Assembly: GCA_036172245.1 (NCBI GenBank)
Contig: JAYWIR010000018.1
Location: forward strand, 1,364,001 to 1,428,000
Source of the DNA: Raillietiella orientalis
Lineage: Eukaryota
Length of the DNA: 64,000 nucleotides
Direction of reading: 5' to 3'
Position numbers and translations under genes: made by a program
In this document: in pieces, positions 21,386 through 33,792 of the stretch
Numbering within the stretch: position 1 is the first letter of the stretch
How the letters are laid out: every line of letters starts with the position of its first letter
The notes under the pieces: model-generated
Told to the model about the DNA's origin: nothing
Databases searched by the model: none
What the model saw: the letters and a program-made list of their open reading frames with translations, nothing else

Positions 21386-24297
21386 TCATGCAGAGCACAT
21401 TAAGCATCCTTCTTTATCCTGCGCGGAGCAACCAAGCAATGTCTCTTTGTTTGCTGAAACATCGTCCGACTTCAATTTCGGATTAGCTATCCTAGATTTA
21501 TCCAAAGTAAACTGAATAGCATTTGCTGCAGGTTTGGTACGCAGGTAATACATGCCCGTTTTTAGCCCCTAAAATGATTTAAATAATGCTAAAAGAATTC
21601 CCATTTTCTTACCTTTTCCCAAGCATAAAAGTGCATGGAAGTAAGCTTGCCGAAATTAGGTTCAGCTAAATGAAGATTGATGGACTGGCTCTGGTCTATA
21701 AAAGCTCCTCTGTCAGCTGCCATGTCAAGAACTGCTTTCTGGCTAATCTCCCATACAGTTTTGTACAGCTTCTTCACATTATCAGGGATAATATCAATAT
21801 GCTGGATGGAGCCATTATTAGCAATGATCATGTTCTTCATATCCTCATTCCAAAGCCCCAAATTAGTTAATTCCTTGAGAAGATGAGGATTGACTACTTG
21901 GAATTCTCCAGATAAGACTCTACGAGTATACACATTTGAAGTAAATGCCTCAATTGACTCATTATTGCCCAGAATTTGGGCTGTTGATGCAGTGGGCATA
22001 GGAGCTACCAGAAGAGAGTTACGCAATCCATGTAGAGCAATTCTTCTTTTCAGATGATCCCAATCCCATAGAGGTGAAGGGCACACATCCCAAAGGTCAT
22101 ATTGAAGCAGGCCCTTACTAGTAGGAGAACCTTGGTAAGTTTCATAGGGACCATCTTTTTCAGCCAGTTCACAGCTGGCTTCCAAGGCACCATGATAAAT
22201 AGTTTCAAAAATTTGCTGATTAAGGAGTCTGGCCTCTGGACTCTCAAAGGCAAAGCTCATCAACACAAATGCATCAGCTAGACCCTGCACTCCAATACCA
22301 ATTGGTCTGTGACGAAAATTTGAAAGTCTGGCTTCAGGTATTGGATAATAATTGATATCAATGATCTGATTCAGATTACGAGTCACAACTTTGGTAACCT
22401 GATGCAAACGATCAAAGTCAAATTTAGTGGTTTTATTTTGTTTAGAGACAAATCGGCTGAGTGCTAATGATGCTAAATTGCAAACAGCCACTTCCTCTGG
22501 TGAGCTGTATTCCACAATCTCAGTACACAGATTGCTGCAACGTATAGTGCCCAGATGTTGTTGATTTGACTTGCTATTGCATGCATCTTTGTAGAGCATA
22601 TAAGGTGTACCAGTTTCTACTTGAGATTCCAAAATATGGAACCACAGTTTCTGAGCTGGAACTTGGCATCGGAAACGTTGTTCTTGTTCATAGGATTCAT
22701 ACAAAATATCAAAATCTTTACCCCAGCGATCTTGTAGTCCTGGGCACTCATGAGGACACATAAGTGACCAATGTTCATTTGCTTTGACACGGCGCATAAA
22801 GAGATCTGGGATCCAAAGTGCATAGAATAAATCACGAGCTCGGTTCTCTTCTTTGCCTGTATTCTTTCTAAGATCCAAAAATTCAAAAATATCAGAATGC
22901 CAAGGTTCCAGATAAATGGCAAAAGCTCCAGGACGTTTGTTGCCTCCTTGATCTACATATCGTGCTGTGTTGTTGAACACACGGAGCAAGGGCACTAAAC
23001 CATTGGAGACACCATTAGTGCCTGCGATATATGAACCAAAGCCTCGAATACAATGCACGTTTAACCCGATGCCTCCTGCACTCTTAGATATGATTGCACA
23101 TTGCTTCAATGTTTCATAGATTCCTTCAATACTGTCTTCCTTCATAGTCAGCAAAAAACAACTTGATAGCTGAGAACGTGGAGTAGCTGCATGAAAGAGT
23201 GTAGGAGATGCATGTGTGAACCATCCCTCTGACATCAGATTATAAGTCTCAATTACTGCTTTGATGTCTTCACCATGAATCCCTACAGCTACTCTCATAA
23301 GCATATGTTGGGGACGTTCAACCACTATGGAACTGATAAGACCACCTGGTCCTTCCAAGCTCTCCTACCTTTGTCATTGATCTTCAGCAGATATGATCTT
23401 TCCAGGGTCTGTTAATAATCCTCATTAAAATAACTTGACTAAAGTATTGTTATACCTTAAATCCAAAATAATTATAGTTAAAATCTCTGTCATATACAAT
23501 AGCAGAATCCAGTTCATCAGCATGCTTCATAATTAGTTGATGATGGAATTCGGAGATCATAGGGCAGGGATGTTGACTTTTGGAGTTTACCATCCTATAC
23601 AAGTCATTGATGACTTCTACAAAAGTTCCCTTATATACAGAATCCTAAAATTCTCTGAACTATTACCACTAAATTGTTTCTTTGTTTCTTTATGCAGATT
23701 GGAAACAGCAATTCGGGCTGCCAAAATGGCATAATCTGGATGCTTGGTTGTCATGGTAGCAGCTGTTTCAGCTGCTAAATTATCCAACTCCACAGTAGTA
23801 ACTCCAGTATACAATCCATTTATAACTCGAATCGTGATGGCTGGCTGATGAAAAACAAAAAGGTTTATCACCAGTTATATGTGTAACGCGATTTCTCATT
23901 ATCAGTAAGGGTAAAGGTTCCAACATCAAATTTGCGATGCATGAACTAAATGGCTTACTGGATCAACAAAATCCATATTAAGACCATAACACAGCTTCTG
24001 TATCCTGGAAGTAATTTTATCAAAATGAACGGCTTCCCGGTTTCCATCTAAAATGAGTTACTTATATTAGAACGTAGGTCAACTGAATCTGATGAATTTA
24101 GGAAAGAAGAATCGATTACTTTTAACAAATATAGAACTTTCGAATATTCAAGATGACATTCAATTTTGTTCAGATTTTTACAGAAGCTTTACGATTCTCT
24201 ACAACTCGAATAAGTTTGATTCATACGTTATTTTTTTTTAAAAAAAAAAAAAATGCATACTTCTCTTCAGAACGTAGTATTTGTTCTCAAGTGCCAT
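21386..24297 (-). CDS. RRM1: Ribonucleoside-diphosphate reductase large subunit, 7 exons (24297-24261, 24047-23959, 23844-23667, 23616-23456, 23408-23369, 23324-21613, 21568-21386), 799 aa
   Basis: ATP-cone start [28 protein letters not shown]. Motifs [22 protein letters not shown] (thiyl-radical Cys), [26 protein letters not shown] and C-terminal CLMC. Exon lengths sum to 2400 nt with all phases consistent. Confidence 0.96.
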
Positions 24298-26479
24298 TTT
24301 CCCTCGGTTGCCTCAAACGTGAGGAGTACCTGATTCAAGGCGTCCGCTTTCAAATGAGACAAATGCGCTTTAAGAACTGCCCAAACGCCTTTTCTACTGA
24401 AATATCAACATAACAGTTCTAAAGGTATTTTATCAGAAAGTTATCCCTTTCATTATTAGAATTTACTTTCCCAATTACAAAAAGTATTTAACGATTAAAA
24501 AAAATTGAAATTTTACCCAACGAAATCATTACAAAACTTAAATCGTACTTACTGTTTCCTTCATTTTTACGAATTCTTAATAACCCAAGTGCAATAAAGT
24601 ATACCTTTGGTGCAAGGAAAAGGGGGGGGGGGGAAAAAAAAGCCTTTGCAATAGTAACGTCATTATTCCGTTTTCAAAGCACACCTTCATTTATCCACTG
24701 AATTACGATTATTTTGTTTTGCATTTCTCTTCCCCCTTATCCCTGGTGGGACGCAGGTTGCACCTGCTGTATCATTGTCCATTAATTTTCAGAAGCTGCA
24801 TATCGAACATAAAAAATATTTTCTTGAGAGAAATTCAAATGATGAATTGAAGAAGAGGAGTCAGTATGTGAATATTAGTTTTGAAACGGAGTGCTGGTTT
24901 GCACGGGCCTCTAAAACAACTCGAATTTGGCTGAAATTGAAATTTAGTTGGAAATTTGACAATTTCATAGTTACAGAATGGAGCTAAAATTCTTATTTGT
25001 ACTTTATTGCTTCATTCAGTTGCGTGTTTTTGATATAAGTTTCACACTTTGTGACTGTGAATGAGTCAGTGAGTTTACCTTTTTCGTTTCTTTTGCTTTT
25101 TACGAATGTGTGAACGTTGGTTGGACTGTTGAAAATCTGTGAACATGCGGGGATTTTTTGAGTGTTTTCAGGCTGTTTTTCACAAAAAGATGTCGGCAAA
25201 GAAGACTGAACGATTATCGAAACAACTGTAATGAGAAATCTTCGCAAATCTTCAGATTCCGATTGAGGATGGAGATAACAGGGAGATTATGTATGATCTT
25301 CAAACTTAGAACTCCAGAGTACAGAGAAAAAGAACAAGTACCATCATCGAATGGCCTTTTAATACGTGAATAGATAATATACATCTGTAGATGCATTGCT
25401 TTTAGTAGCAATGAGTTTATAGCATTGAACGATTTAAGAATCTGCGGAGACGATGAGGGTGATGCCTTACTTTATAATGGACCTTAGAGATGAATGAAGA
25501 TAAGTCACAAAAAAACAATCAAAATTATGATAGCAAAAGATACAGAAATGAAGCCAATACGAAAAAATAATAATGATATGGTGTACCCTCGATAGGAGTG
25601 GAAGTTTAGGAGTTTTTTCCCAAGAGAAGTAGGTCGACGTGTCTCCGTAAAGAAGCTATTTTCAAAAATCCTAAAATCAAGAAACTCAGCGGCTGGCGGT
25701 GCAAACGTGGAAATTTACAACAGAAATCAATAAGCTTCGAAGTTAAAGCTTTAGGAAAATCTTGGAAGGAGAAAGCACGGCGAACGAATGCAAAAGACTA
25801 AGCGCTTGAGGCATTTGCCAATCATCGTAGAATCTGCTCTCCGAAGAAATCAAGTAACAGTTGCAAACTGTTTGGCATTTCTAAAGACAGAAGATAGAAT
25901 TATAGGAATTTTATAAGCTGCATAAGAGCTGCTTTCCTGAATGAATTCCAACCTTGAATTGCCTACCTCGGAAAATTTTAAAAACTACACTTATATCAAA
26001 ATTCTAGGACTCAGTTCTTTCTCAGACAAAATGAAGACTGTCTTTCATTGTTATCATTATTAGTTATTTGCATGCACAATATACTTCCTCTATTAGCAAC
26101 AGTCTATCCTCATTATATTCTATGGGATTCGATAAGATTCTGTATCATTTAATAACTAGTTACTGAGTCTATTCTTATAGCTATGGACGAACTCTGATTT
26201 GTGGTCATCACGGTAGGTTTTACAATTTGCATATCCCTTCCATGACATTTATTCTCGCCCAAAAAAGTATAGGGAAAGTAGTTTCGAACTATTACTAACT
26301 GCAACCGTGACACTGCCATTGAGCAAATCTGTAAGAGTAAAAGAATGGGAAGCAACAGAGATCAGTGGCTGGTAGATGGAGACTGACAACAATGTTGGTA
26401 AGAAGATTAAACTTAAGGATGTCAAAGAAGTGTAACGGAGGTTGGCTTTCGTCCTTCAAGTATCAGAGAATGATCTAAA

Positions 26480-26953
26480 ATGAGCTTTTATGAAGACTCT
26501 GATGACAAGGAAACAGGTAATCGAGTAACAAGGAAAATAGATGTTTGTTTTCACGGTAATACTTCACTTCTAATCACGTATGGTTGGAATCATTAATCGT
26601 TATATCAATAGCGGAGGATTTTTGGCTGAATTCTCTCATGTCATAATCAAGTGATGATAATTTATTGTCTTAAATAAAGAAAGGATTTAAATTACTGTTA
26701 GAATTGTATTACGAGGAATCAAAGATTGATTCCTGGAGCTCAAACATTTGTAGATATTCAATGAAGAACAGTCCAGTTCAGACCCCTCCCCCCTTCTCCA
26801 ATAAAAAGGGCTATTTATTAACAACTTCCAAAATAGTTAATCTCGTCATAATAGTTTTTGGAGTCACGGGTAAGAATAAAGAAGACATGGTATAGTTCTT
26901 TGCTCCATTCCTCCATCCTAGTGCATGCATCGCATATGACAATAGTGAAATAA
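26480..26953 (+). CDS. Candidate 3-exon small protein (26480-26516, 26702-26869, 26922-26953), about 78 aa, one hydrophobic segment
   Basis: aaaATG context, donors GTAATC and GTAAGA, phase-1 joins, AATAAA at 27064-27069. No recognisable homology. Confidence 0.25.
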
Positions 26954-28868
26954 TACATTGTCCATATTTTCAAATCATACATTTATTCAAGAATATTTAT
27001 CTGCCCCTATCATTACAAATTATTGATATGTAATGTGTGTGGATCAACAAGGTGCATATTTTGAATAAAACAAAATTAACGAAACTAATTCATGTGTGTA
27101 ACTCCCATACATTGTACAAGTTCCGCATTTGGTTTTACCTCAGTCGAACAGCATTTATCTTTCAATAAATCACCCCAATACTCTTGGAATGTTCTTTGTG
27201 TATCTTCGTGTAAACTACGATTTCTGAGGGATGCTTCTCTTTTCAAAACGTGTGCTTATCTGGTTTGTTAGCCCATGCACGAAATCAGGCAAAAGTTTCG
27301 ATTTGAAGGTATCTTTGGAACGCCGTTTCAACTTCGGTAGCGACTTATCTCTACAGAGTTGGATCCTGAGAAATTCAAGTCATGTTGTTGGGTTCTGAAA
27401 GTGAGTTCTCTGAAACAAGCTATCCGTTATAGTAACTTTTGTCTTCAATTTGTCAACGGCCTTGGAAAGAAGAACTGACGTCAGTGTTTCAGAGACTTAT
27501 TGTGTCTCTTACATTTGAGACCCATGTGCTGTGGTCCCTTATGCCTGCACTTTCAATGGTGCTTTTTCACATAAACCCGTCTTGTTTGTCACCACCTTCC
27601 AAAAATTCTGGGTGTTCTTTGACTCTGTTCCATCTATCGACCCTCAGATTTCTCGGAAATCGTCTTTTCTTGCTTTCGTCAACTGCCACCATGTGAACAA
27701 GGATATGAGGGGAAAGGGAAACGGTCTCGCATGTCAGCTGCAGAAGAAATAACGAAACGACCAGTTTCCCTTTGACTGAATCTCCAACCTTACAATCTAG
27801 ATAATTCTTTCTTTACACATATTATGACTGGCTCTCCTCTGACTCCGTGACTAGCTATTAAATGATACAGAATCGTATGGAATCCCATAGAACGTAATGA
27901 GGATAGGCTGTTGCTGCCAATGGAGGAAGTCTATTGTGCATGCAAATAACCAATAATGATAATAATGAAAGTGAATGCCTGCAAGCGGAGGCTGCGAATT
28001 TGAATCTGGATTGATTTTGAAAATACGGAACTTCCCCCTCGATGAATTCGTTCGAACAATTCTTGAAAGCGTTTTCTTCTTCGCTTGTACAGTACATCAT
28101 TGCAAAACCCACACGTGAATGTAATGAATTTACATCTGCTCCAAGGTGGAACAGGCGCCTAATTTACGCATCCTTTTACATACTCGGGTGACTTTTGCCC
28201 GACTAGCTTGCTCGACTAGCGATGCCTTCATGCTCTCTGCCCCACGCGTTCTCAGGAAAACGTCTATTCATCACAGCGCGCTGCGGAAGACACGCACGAT
28301 TATCATCTCACGGCAAGAGGAAGGCCTGCTTGGTTCCAGGGCGAAATTAGTCCGATAACCGTCGATTACTGGTACCCTCCGAGACAAGAGACTCCTGGTT
28401 TCGCATACAAAGGAAACGCTCCGGTCCCGTGAGGCCGAAATTCTTTCCACCGGCACGGTCTCGCTGCCTGGACCGAATGAGGGGGAACTCGATAAGTGCG
28501 TTTGTTTCAATCCGTCATATTGTAATTATGGGCGGGCATTGGGTTCCGAATTTCGCGTATGAATTGCAGCCGTAAAGTCCGCGCCCTGGCGTCCTTCTCA
28601 ATGGTTCCTGCGCAACCCATCGAAAGCGAAATTTCAATTAACGTACTCGTCTTGATTTGCGGCCTTTTTTCCCGATCGATCAGTTCTGCCTGACCATGCT
28701 TCCCTTGTGATTCTCACAGTCATTTAATTTGCGTTTGCTGCTCTCGCATGGTCTCAGGATGCCGTTCGCCGGCGACTGCATTCCGGAGTGCACGTGGAGA
28801 ACGTGGAACGGGGCGATTTGAAGCGACTTTTTCTCAAGGAAGGCGAGAGAAAGAGAAGGGGGAGGGGG

Positions 28869-28890
<22 letters not shown>
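28869..28890. repeat. (GA)11 microsatellite
   Basis: Directly visible. Confidence 0.9.
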
Positions 28891-28899
<9 letters not shown>

Positions 28900-31800
28900 G
28901 CCATTAATGGTCAAAAGCGCAGAATTCTTCTCACCCAGAGCGATCTGAAAAGGAAAGGGAGATGCACTCGTGCCCGCCTCAGCAACTCTAGCATACGTGT
29001 GAGGAAATTGAGAATGTTTGGGGGTTCGAGCTTGCGTGGACAGGTGTGCAAGCGGGCCTCTGTCGTGACGGAAACATGTCCGTCCATTCCCTTCCGGAGC
29101 AAATCTCGGTTTCGGCCTCAACCGCTCCCAGTAACCTGCACCTCTTCCTCCACCTTCCTCTAACCATCTATCGCCTACCTGTAAGCATTAGCGCATCACA
29201 ATGCTGCCTCCCGTTTTTAAGGGGGAGAAACCGGTCCTTTACTTCATGGAAACCATTCCGGAAAGGTTTTCTATTTTAAAAAATAATGATCGAAATCCCC
29301 CAAGGCGAATTGTGTGACTGCAACGCCTGATTTTTTTTTTTCCACGGAAACACCAGATTTTCGAAACGTCACCCTTTTTTCCACGAATGATGCTTCCTTA
29401 ATGGAAACGTGCATCTTTTGTACTTCGTGTCCGCAGGCAATTACCTGCCAGACCCTCTTCCCCCCCCCCCCTCCGACTGCGACATTCGAAAATGTCGAGG
29501 AAAGAAAGCGAAAGGGCTGTCGGGACCCATTCTGCCCTCGGCTCGTCCTTGCGCGCGTTCGCAGCGGCCGTCCTTCCGGCTGGAACGAATGCATCGACAG
29601 GACCCGGGGAGCAGGCTGCCCGTCTGTGGGTCGAGCAGGGCCCCCCGGTGACAAATCTCGGGTTCCAAACTGAGCTTGGAGGAAGACACTCGACCCCAAG
29701 GTGGCTTCCCTCCTTAATCCTCCCAAAAGATTAGAACCGGCAATGCATCGCTGGAGAAGGATGGGCGCGGACGAGGCGATCCGGTTTACTAGCGGTTCCC
29801 GCCCTGAGGGCGTTCATTGCTCAAGTGCCAAGAGGGGCTCTTGGAACAGGGGCCTTTCGTCCGCCATGTTTGCTAACCCGAGTCGCACGCCTCGAAGTTT
29901 TGCTGGTCTCCTCGAGACTCGGTCGCATGCACGCGGTCGACAGACCTTCAGTTCTTGCAGGTCACCATCGTTCTTGGAACTCCAGGACCTCGAAGGTGAT
30001 CCCGCGCCCTTCGAAGGAGCATTTCCAAAGTGTTGCAGGCTCGCACGTGGGTCTTTGGAGCGTTAGGAATGCGAAAATCCTACAGAGTGAGGGGAGTTTT
30101 AGGTTCTGAGGTGAGATAGGAATGCAGGGTACCTTCAAACTTCTCTGCAGAGTACACTGCTTGAAGGTTCGGACTTTGCTTTGTTGCGAATTCACTACGA
30201 GTTCGCCCGCCTCCAAGAAGACATCCGTTTCCTCTCCACCAGCTCTTTCGTTTCGGCCAGAAAGACGGAGACGCCATCTATTTTGCTGTCCTCTTCATGA
30301 GGGCAGCGTCAAGATGGCCCCATCTGGGAGTCTTGAAACAGGAACATGCCGGCATCCTTACAAGGATGCAGAGGATGCCCTCCAGCACACAGTGATCCCT
30401 TCCCGAACCCCCCACTTTTTTGACTGCATGCTTTTTGGTTTTGTTTTTTTCTTTTTGTTTGTCTCCCCTTCCCCTGTGCTGCCGAGGCGAAACCCGCTGG
30501 CATGCGTGCCAGGTCCCGGCAGGTTCCTTCTCGCAGTTATAAGTAACGTGCTACATTTTTTATCAATAAACACCCGGCGTGACCGGGTGTCAACCAGCGC
30601 TTTCGTTAGGGTGCTGCCTCGCACCGTTAGGAGTGCTTCTCTCGCCATCTTTTCCCATACTCCTTCCTCCCACGAACGTGAATCGTCATCGGCTGCGTTC
30701 CTCCAGCCGTTTGGGATTCAACGGGCAACTGCATCCGCAGAGCTGGTGCGAGGAGACCGCAACGGTATCGCAAGCCACGCCTCATCTAGCGGCGAATCGC
30801 GGTACCTTTGCAGCGTAACTCCTCCGGAGGCAGGAAGACGAAGCTTTTCGTTCCAGGTAGCCAGAGCGAGCACGCAACATTTCTGCACGCAACGTTGCGC
30901 CGACTTCACAGCTCGTTGCACTGGGCATCTCTGGTGAGGAAAGCCCTGATTAAAAACACTTGATGACACGGCCCCGAACGTGCAAGGGTAGAAGTTATGG
31001 CTCCTGCTAAACGCCAGGTTAGGCTGACAGCGTTTAGCAGATTGCGAACGCTCTTGGCGCCCCTGCGAAAGGAACGAAATCACCGAAAACGAACGGAACG
31101 TCAGCGACAGCTTGAGAAGGAAACACCGGACAATGAAAAAGAGGCATCCCTTCACACAGGCAAAGTCTCCTGCGCGGGTAGGCATCCTCCCAGTGTTGTC
31201 AGTGAGTGAAGCTGGAACAATGCAACAGGAAGAGCATTCAAGGGAAGCAAGGAAATCAAACAAATGAAAAAATGCGCTTTCAGGTGTCTTTGCGTCGCAA
31301 AGGGTGAGAATCAAATTTCCAGAATCTCCTTTCCGAGAGAGGAAGCGGTCCGATGGAACGGACAGGTCCCGACACGCAGAGGGGAGGGGAACAAAAGAGC
31401 GGTCACCCTTCGAAAGGAGTAGCGCGAGGGAGGGCCGTTTTTCCCGCCCGCCCCTTTGGAGTTCGCTCCTTGAAGCTTGGCTGCAAGAGAGATGCCCTCA
31501 TGAAGGTGGTTCCTCGAGGGTCCACCTCGCGTGAAAGAGCAGCCCAAAGAGCGATGCAAGCGAAACACCGCGAGAGATGGAGAGGCGCAGGCAGGGAACC
31601 TTCTCGAAGGCTTGGCATGGTCGCCGCTGCCGGGCCATAAAACCCACTGCAACAGAGTGGGAAGAAGCTCCCTGAAGGAAGAAAGAGGAAGTGGAGAGTC
31701 AGCGCGCTGGCGGGTCAGGAGGGGCCGGAGGGATTTTCATCTCCTCCCAAACCTTCCTGGGTCTCAGCAGCCTCCTTGAAGTTTTCTTGAGCAGTCTACT

Positions 31801-33185
31801 GGTTGTCAACTAGAGTTTCCGGCACCAGAGCGGACCGAAGAGCTCAGCATGCCTTGGGGGATCACAGCTCACGACGGGACGTGCAAGAAGGCCGAGGTCT
31901 GGCAAGAAAGAGCAGGGACCAAGCACGCCGGAGCCCGAAGACGAGGAAGAAGGAAGCACAACCGAAGCGCGGATCTTCTTCTTCCCTTTCAGAAGCCAAA
32001 GACCGCAGAGAGCGCTTTGGTCCCGCTGCACCTCTCGTCTCGCCGGGACGAGGGTTCAGGCGGGGTGTCCGGCTCGCGAGCGTGGAGCTGGAGGGACTCT
32101 GTACTCTCCTTCGGTTCGGGATGCGGGGAAGGAGGGAGGGGGAGAGGAAAGGTTTTCTTCTTCCCTCCCGGAAGAGGAGGAGGAAGGGAGAACGTTGAGC
32201 GACACGAGAATCCCGATAACAGAAGCCTCGAGGCGGCGCAGGACTCGACGGGAGACCACAAGCGATTGAAAAAGAAATGCCCGTGAGATGCTTCTGCTGC
32301 GGGGCAGATCGGCGGGCTAGAACCGGAAAGCGAGGCTGGAAGGCCTGCTGCAGAAGAATGATCGCCAAAGAGGACAGTCTGTCTTTTTTTTTTTTTTTGC
32401 CGAGTCTTCTTGATATCTTCGGCGTGAGTCCGAGCGCGCAGTGGCCTCGATCTACACGGCTGCCGGGAAACGCGAGTCTCTGGCGTGAGAGGAGAGGGAG
32501 AGAGGCTGACAGGCACCGATGGGAAGTACGCGGTCCCAGCAGCACGGCAGAGGGTCGCGCGAGTTTTCCGAAGGCGCCGGTAGATGTCAGCATGGACTCG
32601 TACGCCCGCTCCGAGAAGGGTCGGCCTCCTGCTGCCTCCTCCCTAAGGGCTGCTGCGGACGTGGTCGGCAGCATTCCTCCCGCTGCGGTCTCCGCCGCGC
32701 GTGGCCAAAATCCGTCGCCACGGGAGATTCGCCTGCCCGCGGCATGCTTGTCCTTAAGGAAGGGCACGGAATCGCGGGGGCAGTGGCGTCATCGTGCCGA
32801 TCCCACGCGTCTGCTCCTTCGTTCTTTCCCCTCCGTCGTCATCCCCGTTACGCGTTCCCCGATGCGAAAACGCAGAGGCACTTGCTCCTCCCCTTCCCTT
32901 CATGGGAGAGCATGCGCGGAGGTACCTCTCTTTCGCTCCCTCTTGCTCCCCCCCCTCCCTCCCTCTGCACCTGGCGCCAAGCCTCGCGGTAAACAGGAGG
33001 GCAGAAGGTCGGCCGGAACGCTCTCGATTCGCAGTGACCGCGGATGGCGGCGTCTCCTCCGTGAGGCGACGTGCGCGCGCGCGTACGGCGGCGGCGGAGG
33101 CGAGATGCCATCTGCGGCATTCGGTCGCCTCAGGGCCTCATCGAGGAAAGGAACGGCGCGGTCGCCGCGCAGGGCGGGACGCGAG

Positions 33186-33220
33186 TCAGTTCTGCGCCAG
33201 GCGTGAGCGAGTGGAGTTTT
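33186..33220 (+). promoter_or_regulatory. Candidate dachsous core promoter (arthropod initiator TCAGTT)
   Basis: TCAGTT at 33186-33191, about 600 nt upstream of the ds ATG, in CpG-rich DNA, followed by an imperfect MTE/DPE-like GAGCGAGTGGAGTT. Motif only; TSS not demonstrated. Confidence 0.3.
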
Positions 33221-33233
33221 CTGTGGTGCTTCT

Positions 33234-33349
33234 TGCGCCGCCGCCTCGTCCTTCTCCTCCTCCTCCTCCACCACCACCACTGCCGCCGCCGCTGCTGTTG
33301 CTGCTGCTGTTTTCTGCTGCTGTGTTTTCCTCCTCCTCCTCCTCCTCCA
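33234..33349 (+). repeat. Compound trinucleotide repeat tract (CCG/CCT/CCA/GCT) in the presumed ds 5' UTR
   Basis: Directly visible runs of ctcctcctc, ccaccacca, gccgccgcc, gctgctgct and cctcctcct. Confidence 0.85.
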
Positions 33350-33792
33350 AGATGCGTGTGCGGCATGCACTCTCCCCCGGCTGTTACCCCGCAACGCGAC
33401 GGGATGTGAATCGTGTGTGATTGACCCCGTCCTCTTCCACCCTTCTCGGACCCCTTGGTCTCGGAGGAAGCGCCGCGTCGCCAGCAGGTAAAAGAAAGAA
33501 AGGAAGAGAGGAAACACTACAACAACAAAAAAAAAAAAAACACGAGCGAAAGAGGGAAGCAAGAAGAAAAGGCCGTCCCACGAAAAGGGGAGGCGAAAAA
33601 AAAGTGGGTGGCGCGGAGGGGGCAGAGCGAAGCGACAGCGGAAAGGTCGTCTACAGACACACACGTGCACTGGGTTGGCCCTCGGAGAGCGGCGACGATG
33701 AACGGACGTTCCTCGCTCACCTGCGGGACGAGCTGAGGGCCCGAGGGCCGCTTCATTCCGCTAGTCCCGCCGCCGCTTCCCCGAGCTCGCCG

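Noticed and set aside
23325..23368. ORF-track N-terminus [11 protein letters not shown] of the 589-aa RRM1 ORF
   Set aside because: Lies in a 44-nt intron; the true protein starts at 24297, and the ORF's VRKWEFF end is also intronic.
33421..33792. ORF-track start of the 1938-aa ORF at TTG 33421
   Set aside because: Non-ATG start with a low-complexity product; the signal peptide follows ATG 33793. The ORF tail past 39183 is intron.
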